The notes: generated by a model not told the origin, from the letters alone. Shown: positions 52,108 to 64,000, counted from the first letter of the stretch. The stretch is 64,000 nucleotides of DNA from Utricularia gibba (GCA_002189035.1 NEEC01000002.1:6448001-6512000); one strand, 5' to 3'. Translations and numbers: made by a program.

Positions 52108-52822
52108 TAATCCTAGAAACAAGATTCAGCTACTTAAGCCCTGCCCTCCGTCTAGAAAATTGTGAGTGGGAGAGAATGATATCCACCACGTGCGTATCCT
52201 CTGCGAACATCCTACCGCTGGCGCACAGTGCATTTTTAGTGCTTAAAAAGCAAAAGCGACGTTCGGAAGCTCCTGTCCGTAGAAGATACATGCGAAAGAC
52301 CCCCGTGGACGGTTTTCCTTCAGATCTGGTTGCCGTTTTTTACTTTTGGGAGATATTTATGTATCTTGCAAAGAGAATCCGAAGATATTTCTTGGTATGA
52401 AAATATCTCCCCACCTCCTCTCTAATCAAATACAATTTGATTGATCACTCGTTCATTTGGTGTTAGGATTTTACGTTTAAAAAAACGTATTTTTTATTTA
52501 TTGTAATTTATTTTTAAAAAAAATAATTAATTTATCATCAATTTTTTAATTAATTAATATCATGTTAACACCATAATCGCGATTGCGTATCAAAGGAGCC
52601 TAAGAGACCATAAAAGGCTTTGATAGCATCCATGGAATATTTCTCTTATTTAAATAGAAAAAAAATAAGACGTGTTTATTTGTTTGCCAACCGATCATCA
52701 GCCCACTAGCTCAACTTTTGCCGGTCAGCGCCGGCCCGGCCCATTCTGCTCCCTATAAAACCCCTCCTCCCCGTCTCAGCATCTCTGTCCTCTTCGGAAA
52801 CCTCTGTTCCTTCACCAGGGCG

Positions 52823-53369
52823 ATGGGATCCCCCGGCTCCTCCTCCTCCGCCGAATACATCCGCAAGGTATCGCCGCCGCCGGCCCCAGCCCTCTAATAC
52901 TTTGGTACCGTACACGTTGTGGCAGATTCGAACACGGGGCTGCTTTCCAAATGCAGGTGCATCATCTGATCGAAGAGTGCATGGTGTTCAAGATGAGCAA
53001 AGAGGAGTGCATGGAGGTTCTCTCCAAGCATGCAAACATCAAGCCCGTCATCACCGCCACCGGTACTTTCCCCTGCCCTCCCTGAATCTGAGTTTCAAAC
53101 GCTTCCCATCCCCCCCTCGTGCAACCCACCATCTGCAACCAGACAGACACATTGTTTAAGAATATTTGTGTGTGTGTGGTGTGCGCCCATTTGTCTGATT
53201 TTGAGGTTTCTGTGTGTTTGTCGTTTTTGTCATGGTCCATTGAATCCCAGTGTGGCAAGAGCTGGAGAAAGAGAACAAGGACTTCTTCGAGAACTACACC
53301 AAGAAGAACAAGAAGACACGGGAGGGCAATAAGGGAAAACAAGGCGCAACCAGCCAATCGTCTCCATGA
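52823..53369 (+). CDS. Small plant protein of the A_thal_3526 (TIGR01589-type) family, 3 exons
   Basis: AEYIRK|VHHLIEECMVFKMSKEECMEVLSKHANIKPVITAT|VWQELEKENKDFFENY; TATA-like CCCTATAAAA at about 52751-52760. Confidence 0.88.
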
Positions 53370-56345
53370 TTCCCGCCACCTTGTCTCTCCTTGATGACGT
53401 CATCATCCTTCTTATTATTCAATAATCTCATCACCCCTTCCACAAAAAAAAATACATATTTTTAATTCGAGCAATTCATAAATTAAACCAATCACAACCC
53501 CTACCTAGTATATATAGCGTTGAAAATTTATGAGTGTGTCGTAATAATTTCAATTTGTAATATTTAAATTACATTAAATTATTTTGAAAAATATTAAACA
53601 AAAAAATTTTTAATCAAAAATTAAACCTTCACTAAAAACAAATGGAAATAACAGCATTGGAATTTAAATATAGAACAATAACGACAATTGATGAATCATG
53701 ATCAAGCACTAGAGATTAAAATTCACAAAAATATGAAAAAATTAAGTGAATGGATTAGTTAATTGAAGGAATAAATATTTATTGTAAATTCATATTCAAT
53801 TGAGTTTAATCTCGGATTCAATTAAAATATATTTGTAGAATTAAAATATTATTTATAAAGGGTGTTTAAATTATTTGCGGTTTGGTACTTGTAGATAAGT
53901 ATATTGCTACTATCCCCACAACCTTTCAATTCCTCCAACTTATTTGGCGAGGTGAAGATCCTTTTGTCCTCTTAAACAACAAATTAATTATTTTCCTGTG
54001 GGGCCAACCACCCCACACGACTTTTTAAATATTAATTAACTATTTATTATTTATTCTTTTTTATTTCGTGTGATTATTTTATTTTAATTTCCTTTGGCAT
54101 AGGGACAAAGGAATTGGTCTGATTCTTCCCCTCTAAAAAGTAACAAATATGCGCACTTTGGGTTATCCTCATTCTTTAGGTACCATGCTAAAAAGCTCGG
54201 ATGTTCGATGGATTCTTGACGATCGAGATTCACTTCTAGAAAACTATGAATATCCCATGTAAAAGAAAGATTCTTGCATCTAGATGGACACGTATTCACT
54301 ATGCTAGTTAATTTTATTGATAAGGTTTGGATCTAACTTTAAAGTATTATAAGATTCGGATCTTGATGATTGTATGCATTTGAAGTGTGCGGCGTTTAAA
54401 ATAATGGTATCAATTCTACATTTTATCTGGTTCATTCTGAACCAATAGTTTTTTTTAATATTCGATTCAATAATTTTTATAAAAAAATAAAAAATATATA
54501 TTATCCATTACAATTATTTGTAAAAAGTGATTAAAAGATTAAATTATATCATAAATAAGTGTGATTTAGAAATGTGACCACTGTATGATAAAAGTGAACA
54601 CCCTTAATGTTAAAAATTGAACATAGTCTGTGAGAGAGATAGGAAGGGTGGCCAATTTTCTAAATAATCCTCATAAATAGTCATATCATACAAGGTTTAC
54701 ATATCCTTTATGTTGATTGTCACATAGTATTATAAATCATTTAATATTCTTATCATTTTGAAAGAAACTTTAATTTATTGAGAATTTAAATCGCCATTTT
54801 GGTGTCATTGTAGTTGGTTTTACTCTTGAGACATTATTCTCTTTCCCTACCAATAGTGGCGTAATGTGAATGCGCCAAGATTCGATTTTTATTTAAATTG
54901 TAATATTTTTTTAAGAAAAATGTATATTAAGAGGCTATTTCGATGTCGTCTCTCCAATCGTTTAGGACAAGTCGACTTCACCACATAATTATTGTTTATT
55001 AAAACATTTCTTGATGTGAACACAAAATAGAGTATTCGGACATCATACTTTCGGTGTTTGTTTAAAATTTTATAATAATATAATTTTCGATAAAAAAAAT
55101 GTTAAGTATTTTTCAATTTTGGATAACAAATGTTAAAATAATATATACTGTCTATATTTTTTGTTGTCATCTTCATGATTTAGATTCACAGAACCTGAAC
55201 ATTGTGTGTCAATTATAAAGGTCAAGAAAATTCATAACTAAAGTCCAATGTGATGGGATTACAGTTTTGTTTTCAGTTTGAATTTTTTGTGTCAATTTAA
55301 TGCAAAAAATGAAATCTAATTGAATATGTAATCAGTAATGATCTAAAATTTCCTAAAGGTAGATGAATGTTTCAATACGAGAAAAAATATTCAAAAATAA
55401 AATTTTGATTATAAAATTTTCAAACATATTTCATGTGGAAAAAATCGAAAATTTGAAATTGAAATACTAGTTGCTAGGGATGCCACCATGAGGATGAGCT
55501 GTAAAGTGAATTGGGCCGGTGGGTGGGCCATATGGGCTCATTACAAATGTCCAAGCGAACGAGTGGGCCCACTATAAATGTTAACGCCCCCAGGTCCTCG
55601 AGCACCATTTGAAACCTGAAACCATTTAATCTATTCATATTTATTCAAATTAAGAAAAAAAAACTTTTAATTAAATACACGTCATTATATAAATATTTTT
55701 TCGGAATATTTATTATGCATAAGTAATTATTTGTATACGAGAAAATAGATGCTGGAGGCTAATATTTGCATGCTGGGGAAAGAGATAAGAATACCGAAAA
55801 AAGACAAAAAATAATAATAAATATTTGGAAAAAATGATTAAAAGTCAGCATATATTTTGTACATTTGCCCTGAGAATCTGATAAGATATCAAGAGAGTGG
55901 TCTAAGTTCCATGTTAAAATGTACGTGGGATTTTTTTCTTATCCTCTACGGCTCCCCAGGCCACGTCAGCATCACCTACTTTTTTTGTCCATTAAAATTA
56001 ATATTTCATCTAAAACAAAAATTTATTCATTTATAGAAGGAATCGAGATAATCGGATTTTTATATTATTTATTCTAAAAATATATTTTCTATTTTCTTAA
56101 ATTTTTAATTTTCTAATATTTTATTTTTATTTACATAATTTTAAAATTGAGCGAGATGGTTGCGCGTCCACCAGTCTAGAGGTGGGAAGGGCAAGTAGAC
56201 AGTGGTGCTAGCGACTTCCCCTGTGGGCCCGCCCATCTGACAGCCAAATTCTGTGGACCAATCAGATGCCTGGAACAACTCCGTGGGAGCTGTCCGTGAC
56301 CAGGGAAAATTGCTGGTAGCCGGATGTACGACAGATCTGGGAATG

Positions 56346-56601
56346 TAGGGTTGATTCAGAAGTCATGGTCCACTGTGTGGTTCGTGACCTGGCTCGCTAG
56401 ACCATGGCCCAGCCCAACCCAATAAACCAACTAACGCCCGATTCATTAGACCATCTAGGGGTCCAGGTTTTCCAGCTCGGCCCTGGTGTCGGCTCAAATA
56501 TGATGGACGAGGCATAGCCCAGTAAAAGCCCATCACTGAAAGTCCAGTGAGCCGTCTATATGGGGCTTGGCCCAGCGAATGTACTATCCCGGTCAACTCT
56601 A
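56346..56601. mobile_element. Possible degenerate hAT-type MITE
   Basis: Ends TAGGGTTGA...TCAACTCTA (8/9 inverted match) with internal GGCCC/GCCCA-rich motifs; no clean 8-bp TSD. Confidence 0.3.
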
Positions 56602-56835
56602 GTGGGCCAGCTCCGTGTAATGGCCCGATTGTTCGATTTACTTACTCTTCTTTGTGCGATTGGAGGCAATTCGAAGTCTGATTTCTTCTTGGCGCAATTT
56701 AGTCTGATGTGATTCGATTTTTTTCCCGTAGCAGTTTTATTCATCGCTGTTGTGTATGATTTGCGTTTACAGATGCTGGATTCTTTTCGGTTTTGAATTT
56801 GGAATTTGAATTTGATGGGTATATCGATTACAGAA

Positions 56836-59006
56836 ATGGGGGAGCTCAAGGCGGAAAAGCACGCCAAATACATCGTTACTGTTGAAAAGGTAATTTAAGC
56901 TTCTCTAACGCAGAATTATCAGAACATGTGGCTACTATTTCTGAAATCGAGCTCTCTTTAGCAGAATCTTAGTGCAATGTGCTTTCCTTTGCCTAGTTGG
57001 TATGTGACGGCCCCCATAAAGCCTTTTTAAAAAATGTTTGCTATCAGAACAGACATAGGGATCTATATTGTTTGATCCCAGATTGACCTGGAAAATTTTA
57101 AAAGCTTTTGCGTTGATGCATTCTAGTACAAGCATTTGCATGATGCATCGTTTTCTGTTGGCATTTTAGTCAGTTCATGTAATTCTTTGTGTTGCGCTTC
57201 TCAGAAAAAGGATGATTTTGAGTCTGTCGTGATGGAGCACTTGAGACTAAATGGTGCTTACTGGGGATTGACCACTCTCGATATCTTAGGAAAGCTTGAT
57301 GCTGTAGACCCAGAGGAAGTTGTTTCATGGATCATGCAGTGTCAGGATGAATCCGGTTTGCCTGCACGCTCTTAAAATTTTTAAATTTCAAGCCTGTGTT
57401 TGTTTCTTTAACACGGGTACATCAAACTGGAAACATATTTTTTAATGCTAATTCATCATACTTCGCATCATTTCTTCGGTTGTTTGTACAGGTGGTTTTG
57501 GAGGGAACATAGGACATGACCCGCATGTACTTTATACACTCAGTGCTATTCAGGTTCTGGCACTATTTAACAAGTTAGATATTCTCAACACGGAGAAGGT
57601 GGCAAACTGTATCCTTGAATCCTGCCCCTTCAGCATTTTCAGTCATTCTTTGGATTGGCTAATTTGGATCTATGTTGGTTTTTACTAAATTACTCTCAGT
57701 CTGATGTTGTTCTTTATTATTCTAATAACTTCCAGTGCTTGAACATGCTATTTGGCTTAACCTACCAGTTAGATATTTCCAGCTTACAAGCTGATGATGG
57801 ATCCTTTGCTGGTGACATATGGGGTGAAATCGACACAAGGTCGTGTTTTTATATACATTTCCTCATTCTACACCTTATTCCCTACATTTCTTGACAAGTC
57901 TTTGCGCTGAGATTTGTTCTGTTACGTGTTATTATCATCGCAGGTTCTCTTACATTGCAATATGTTCTCTGGCACTGTTACGCAAACTGGACAAGATAAA
58001 TTTGGAAAAAGCGGTGAAATATATATTAAGCTGCCAAAATGTGGATGGTGGGTTTGGATGCGTTCCTGGAGCAGAGTCTCATGCCGGGCAGAGTATGTTT
58101 TCATAGTTCCCTTCTCAGTCTCTTATACTTGAGGTTTTCGATCTGGGTTATTTATATTAGAGTGCAAGAACTTGCTGAAAATTTATCCTGAGCACCATCT
58201 GGAATTGATCTTCCTTAATACATTGATTAAGATGATGCCATAGGCAACAATGGGGCATAGAGTATTAAGGCGGGTGGTTGGGGATGTTGTATGTTTTTGC
58301 TTGAATGAGATATGAAATAAGAAATGCTACATGCCGAATCAGTTTTCTGCTGTGTGGGAGCTTTGGCAATCACCGGTCGCCTGCATCTGCTTGACAAGGA
58401 TCTACTCGGCTGGTGGTTGTCTGAAAGACAAGTAAAATGTGGAGGTCTAAATGGGCGTCCTGAGAAGCTTCCTGACGTGAGTCCCCTGCACTGCTACGTA
58501 GCTTCTTTTCTCTTTGATTCTGAAAGCCAGAAAGCATCTCACCTCAACAACTACTTGTAATCTAGTAGATCCTTCTTTCTATACAGGTCTGCTACTCATG
58601 GTGGGTGCTTTCAAGCCTGATCATGATCGACCGGATTCATTGGATCGACAAACAGAAGCTTGTACAGTTCATCTTAGACTGCCAGGTTCTCTCTACAGCC
58701 TCTCCATCTCCATCCACCACCGCATCATTGAACCCCAATTGTGTTCATGAAGGATAAAGAGAACGGTGGAATTTCCGACAGACCAGATGATGCTGTGGAC
58801 GTCTACCACACCTATTTCGGCATTGCTGGTAACTCTTCAAACCACAAGACAAAGTTACCCACTTTTCCATCTTCAACTGAAGCAGCTTTCGTTTCACCAC
58901 GATGGATGCAGGGCTTTCACTTCTAGAGTATCCGGGACTGAAGCCTATTGACCCGGCTTACGCCCTCCCAGTCAGTGTTGTCAACCGGATCTTCTTCAGC
59001 AGCTAG
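56836..59006 (+). CDS. RGTB: Rab geranylgeranyltransferase type II beta subunit
   Basis: [61 protein letters not shown]|VCYSWW and [15 protein letters not shown]. Confidence 0.96.
57609..57772 (+). other. U12-type (minor spliceosome) GT-AG intron in RGTB
   Basis: Donor GTATCCTT, branch-like GCTTAACC about 12 nt before the AG, and no polypyrimidine tract. Splicing restores VAN-Y-ISSLQ. Confidence 0.85.
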
Positions 59007-59412
59007 AGGCAACTGTTTCTGGTAAATGAACGCATTTCCCATATACACATGGATGCTTTTCTGAGATGCACTTGTAGTTGAACGTTCCTAAGAGGATTAA
59101 GTTGGTACAAGAGGAGTGCTCATGTCAAGGATTGTGTTCCGAATCTAGAAGATTGACTGATAACTTATTAAGAAGAAACCCAAAGAAAGGACCAGCTCCT
59201 AAGGATTGATTTGCTGGTCTGATCATCACTATTGACCAATTGATGTCCCCTCGCCTTGGCCTCTCCCACGAGGGTGATATTGGAGCCCCTTGTATGCAAA
59301 CGAGCGATGGTGCTGTTTTCTGCGAACGGGGATCAGATCAGAGAATCATGCTTCATGCACGGCGGAATCATTCGAACACACGGAGTCGCCGTCCACACCG
59401 ATCTCCGTCAAA

Positions 59413-59861
59413 ATGGCGTGGCTGATTCTGATAGTCATCTGATACTCGACGCCGAAGCTAACTACACAGGCATATGTCTCTTCCTCGCCAACATCATCGG
59501 AAAATTCCGAAAAGTCCAATCTAAGATGTCTTGTTGGATATCGAGCCACGAAGCTACAGTGAAGCAGTTCGGGCGGAACTACCGAACGGAATCGATCTGC
59601 GTCGCGGAGATGGCTCCTAAGACGACGAGAGAAGATTTCCAGGAGTACAATTCATCGTTCAACGAGGTGTACAACAAGAATCGCTCCTGTGTCGTATCCG
59701 ATAACCAGCTCAATATCCATCCCTGCTGCGAGTTTTATAACGCGAATGTGGAGAAAGTGATAGAGAGCGAAAGGTGCTTCTTCGGCGATGACAACTGTAA
59801 GTGGTCGTCGGCGGGGTCATCGCCGTCAAATTTACGCTGTCGTACCTCATCATCCATTTAA
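59413..59861 (+). CDS. Candidate secreted cysteine-rich protein (about 149 aa if one base is restored near 59438)
   Basis: A stop-free frame of about 205 codons lacks a good start. An ATG in strong context (aaaATGG) one frame off gives MAWLILIVI, which joins LILDAEA to form a signal-peptide-like sequence. Confidence 0.5.
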
Positions 59862-60073
59862 CTTTATCGGCTTGCACTTACTTAAATTACCATAACAATT
59901 TTTTTTTTTTCTTGTGCAGCGCACCTGTTTGTGAATTTGTCACTTCGAGGAAATTCAGTACGAACAGAACAGCTTCGAGGGAATCTCAAAGCATTGACTT
60001 AAACAGTGAACCAGATAAATCAAATCAAGAGACATGTTCGGGGCGAAGCAAACTAACTCAAAAGTTGGCTTCT

Positions 60074-61224
60074 TTACCTTGAGCTAGAAGGTGCTCCAGC
60101 TGGGCTAACTCGAATTGATCTTCCATTCAGATCCTGCACAGAGTGAATTACGCAACATTATCATCAACTTGGAATGAATCACTGGGTTTCGCTTGAAACT
60201 TACAATGCCGTCCAAGGATCTGATAGCATTGCTGACTTCTTCAGGGGAACTGTAAGTTACAAATCCGAAACCCTTCGATCTCCCATTCTCTCTATCGTAA
60301 ATCACAGTTGCCTCCTTCACCTTTCCTTGTTTGCTGAACAAGGTTTCTAGATCCACATCATCAACTCCCCAGTCAAGGTTCCCAACATGGACTCTGTTGG
60401 TGTTATCAATGGGTGTCCTCGGTCGAGAGCCGCGGAACGAAAAGTTGTCTGTTCTTGGAGGGCTTGCTCGAGTTCTCGGGAATGAGAAGTTGCCTTCCCT
60501 TTTCGACGGCGGTGGTCCGGAGTTCACCCTTAAAGCTCTTCCATCGAGTTCCTGAACAAAAAGGGTCGATTTGCAATCAGCAGTTACGCTGTCGAGGTAC
60601 AGGGATTGTGTGGGTTTAACTCACATATCCATTGAATTGTTGAGCAGCTGCTTCTGCTTCCTCCATTGTAGACATTGTCACGAAGCCGAAACCCCTGCTT
60701 CTTCCTGTTGTCTTGTCATAGATAACCTGACAAATGGTGCAATAGAATGGCGCAATTTGAGAAACGAGTTCCTATTTCAAAACACTGACTTCTCCTCTCC
60801 TGAATCCAACTACCAGTTCAAGATTGGAAAAAGGGGAACACTGGAAGGGTACCTCAACCATCTCGACGTTCCCAGCTTGTTCAAAAAGACCAGCAAGGCC
60901 TGCGCTGTCTACACTAAACGGCAAGTTACCCACAAAAAGTTTCAGATCAGGGGAGAAACTGGGCTCATCAAACCCAGAAAACCCCATTCCTGGGGCATCC
61001 TTTTCCGCAACATCTTCATCGAATTCAGACGAAATCGAAACGTTTCGGATGAACTTGGAGATGGGTTTAGCACCATTGTGAGACAGCGTTGAAACGAGTT
61101 TTGGAAGAGGGTTAACAGAACTGTGGGCGAAGAGGGAAGTGGGGGCGGAGGCAGCGCCGTCGCCTACACGATGGAGCGATTGGGGAGTAACGGAGAAGAA
61201 GCGGAGCGAGGTGGCCATTGACAT
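60074..61224 (-). CDS. CP29: Chloroplast RNA-binding protein with two RRMs (CP29-like cpRNP)
   Basis: Transit peptide, acidic linker, [19 protein letters not shown] and [17 protein letters not shown]; 4 exons. Confidence 0.9.
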
Positions 61225-61331
61225 TGTCCCTGCTTCTTGCTCAGTAGTGTAAAATGAAGATAAGGTTTTGATGTCTTTTTTGTGTTGATGCAACTAAATA
61301 ATACTTTAAGCGCATAACCATTTCATCAAAT

Positions 61332-61417
61332 CCGACCTTAGCTCAGTTGGTAGAGCGGAGGACTGTAGTTGGACAACTGAAATCCTTAGGTCGCTGGTTC
61401 GAATCCGGCAGGTCGGA
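61332..61417 (+). tRNA. tRNA-Tyr (GTA) with 13-nt intron 61369-61381
   Basis: CCGACCT/AGGTCGG acceptor stem, CTGTAG|ttggacaactgaa|ATCC, mature length 73 nt, and a T7 terminator at 61427-61433. Confidence 0.97.
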
Positions 61418-62411
61418 CATCTATTCTTTTTTTCCCTCAATCCTAACCCAATATTCCAGGCCCAATTCATTTTTCTTTCGAGAGGACCCGCTGGGCCGAC
61501 CCAACAACACATCTCACAAACTGACAGGCCCAGTAGAGCTTCTTGTTGAGGTGCCCACGCCGGACAAGGAACCTAAAGCAGGCGCAGGCAGCGCCGCCCA
61601 CTTTACGCCTTTTGTGTAAAGCCATTGGCCCAACCTCTATGTCTTAGCGACGAAGGAATCAATCAAGAAACGTTGGCCAAATCCCAACCCCACACCTCCA
61701 AGTTACAGATAGTGTTAATCCTGTTATCCCTCCTAATCACGCCAAAATGCAGATATTATTAAAAGGCATCCTTTTCATGATATTAATCTGAATTCAAGCA
61801 CAACTATAAGAAGCTTAGACACGAGATCATTTAGAAAAGTGATCATTGTTAGTTTATCTCATATATAGTAAGATAAAAAGTTATATATAATATGATCGAT
61901 TCTATCACATAGTTTCTAATGGATGTTCGTTTTTATTATTCATATTAGAATATCTTTAGTAATTTTTGGAAATCACTTTTAGTTTTACGAAAATGATTTA
62001 TTTGAGTAAATTTTATGCTGCGGAAATCACTATTAGTAAATTCCATTTCCTTATGGAAACTCAGTAAGGAAAGCCACATTATCATTTTCGGAAATCACTA
62101 AAGATGATATTAGAGTATGGTTACAAAAATGCGTTATGGAAAAAGTGAAATTGATAAATATTATAAAAAAAATGTTCACTACTCCAGTAAGAACAGCCTC
62201 CGCCATTAAAATTATTGCGGTCGCGGCTCCAAGTCACCGCGCCGCACACACATCCGTGCGTGTGACCGTGTGTCGCCGTCACTCTTGTGGCTGTGACGCC
62301 ACTGGCCGCCTCTGGTCGTTCTTCTTCTTTGCAATTCTCGCTGTGTAGGGTGGTTTTGAGTCCCACCGGAGGTGGTTTGGGCGATATTGGAGAAGCATGT
62401 TATCTACGGGT

Positions 62412-64000
62412 ATGGCGGCCGGAGGGTTATTGCTGGTGGCGGCGGTGGCTTCTATGGCTGCCTCCGCTGGCAGGGTCTCTGGTTTCAGTGGTGCTGGTGG
62501 GTTTCAGCGCGTGTTCGCACTGGAGAGGACGTATCGGGTTGGAGAAAGAGTGGAGCTTGAGGAGATGAAAGCTCGGGACCGTGCGAGGCACGCGCGGATT
62601 TTGCAGGGTTTTTCCCGCGGGATTGTGGATTTTCCGGTCGGGGTAGCGCCGATCCCTACTCTGTTGGGTAACTCTTATGCTAATGTTCATGTGTTGGTTT
62701 TCATTGTATAAACGTCTCTATTCACTTGGTTGGTGAATTGAGCCGTTAGCTGCTTGTCGCTTCTTTCTTGGACATTTGATAATGCAGGTCGAAAATTACA
62801 ATTAATCTGTCTGCATTTATTGACAAAGGCCTTGATGGATTCTCAATATACAAGCCAAGTGTTGAAACTCATGAGTGCTTTTGTCTTACCCTGATGGCTA
62901 ACTGCAGCTTTTTTGTTGCTGTAGGCTTTACTATACGAAGGTAAGATTGGGATCTCCTCCGCAAGAGTTTAGTGTTCAGATTGATACCGGGAGTGACTTT
63001 TTGTGGGTGAAGTGCAATTCATGTAGCAACTGCCCCCGTAACAGTGGATTGGGAGTAAAGTCTCTTACTTTACTTGCTTTTCGCTAGTAAACTTTTGATG
63101 AGCTATCTAACTTAAGTCTGTGTTTTTCTTTAGATTCCAGTTAGCTTCTATGACGCCGGTGCATCTTCCACTGCATCACCAATTTCATGCTATGACAGCA
63201 TATGTAATTCCATTATTCAGCGTTCTTCAGCTGAATGCACTGCCGAGAACAACCAGTGTTCTTTCTCATTTCAATATGGAGATGGAAGCGGGGCTTCTGG
63301 GTCTTATGTATCTGATGTGTTCCATTTTGACACACTTTTGGGCAGCTCATTGGTTGCTAATTCTTCTGCATCTGTTCTTTTTGGGTAGGTATTATTGATT
63401 ATGCGGCTCATTTGTTGTTTTACCAGCATCACCTGCATATTGAAGGATTCCATTAGATATCTTTTCTATCTCTTGATTGTGTATGCTTTTTTTCCTCTAA
63501 CATTCATCATTGTGATTCAGTTTGTTGAAGGATTTCTTTGAATTCATGGAAACAGGTGTGGGACATCTGTATTTGGGGATTTAACTGAATCAATAAGAGC
63601 AGTTGATGGGATATTTGGATTTGGACAGCATAGTCTCTCCGTGATATCACAATTGTCTTCTCGTGGATTAACAGCAAGAGTATTCTCCCACTGCCTGAAT
63701 GGTGAGGGAAATGGCGGGGGAATGCTAATTATTGGCGAGATATCAGATCCAAGCATCATTTATACACCTCTTGTTACTTCAAGGTGCGTAGTTCATGATG
63801 CACCAGAGCTTCTACACTTGTCTCATGTGAGCTTGTCCATTCTTCCATGTAGCTGCATTTTGAACACAGCAAGATGATCGCTTGGAGTTGCCAAACTATA
63901 CTCTGCTTATGCATTTTTAACTGCTTATGTCAGAAACGGAAGTTTTAGACTTCAAGTATCAATGATTTTCATGATATTTCAGGTCTCACTACAACCTGAA
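62412..64000 (+). CDS. A1 aspartic protease (nucellin/A36-A39-like), 3'-partial; apparent frameshift at 62640-62643
   Basis: Signal peptide, propeptide [34 protein letters not shown] (catalytic DTG), YGDGSGASG and DGIFGFG..SVISQL..FSHCL. An alternative in-frame ATG lies at 62397. Confidence 0.92.

Noticed and set aside
54084-54299. Mixed-composition patch with faint copia-RT-like or matK-like words
   Set aside because: The similarity is too short and inconsistent to support; it needs a BLAST search.
55500-55600. Resemblance to the 5' part of RNase MRP RNA
   Set aside because: The conserved GGAAAGTCCCC core and a USE are absent; better explained as TGGGCC site-II motifs plus TATA.
59240-59856. 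Minus-strand gene starting MDDEVRQRKFDGDD
   Set aside because: It stops after 40 codons and all three minus frames are interrupted, while the plus frame is open for about 205 codons.

Overview
Plant (eudicot-type) nuclear DNA, very gene-dense: about 19 recognisable protein genes, one candidate orphan gene, 2 tRNAs and a U1 snRNA in 64 kb, mostly with short introns. In order: degenerate plastid rbcL insertion, auxilin-like J-protein, Tubby-like F-box, HCF164 remnant, ZF-HD, tRNA-Glu, DUF630/632, PPR-DYW, PHD/CW protein, SHOU4-like, P-class PPR, membrin, RING-CH ligase, gamma-tubulin, IREG3, GAUT4-like, H2A.W, LORELEI-like, U1, A_thal_3526-type protein, RGTB, candidate secreted Cys-rich protein, CP29-like cpRNP, intron-containing tRNA-Tyr, aspartic protease (runs off the window). 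No CRISPR array, rRNA or intact transposon was seen. Four conserved genes carry single-base deletions in short homopolymers, probably assembly errors. The most interesting leads are: (1) a hidden signal-peptide-bearing Cys-rich protein at 59.4 kb; (2) a gamma-tubulin -1 shift that an 82-bp tandem duplication brings back to the same TVEP* end; (3) a PPR-DYW whose ancestral N-terminus is out of frame and replaced by an Arg-rich alternative-frame leader; (4) a divergent U1 with an intact promoter; (5) an HCF164 remnant without its active site. All family assignments come from recalled sequences and motifs; no database search was run.
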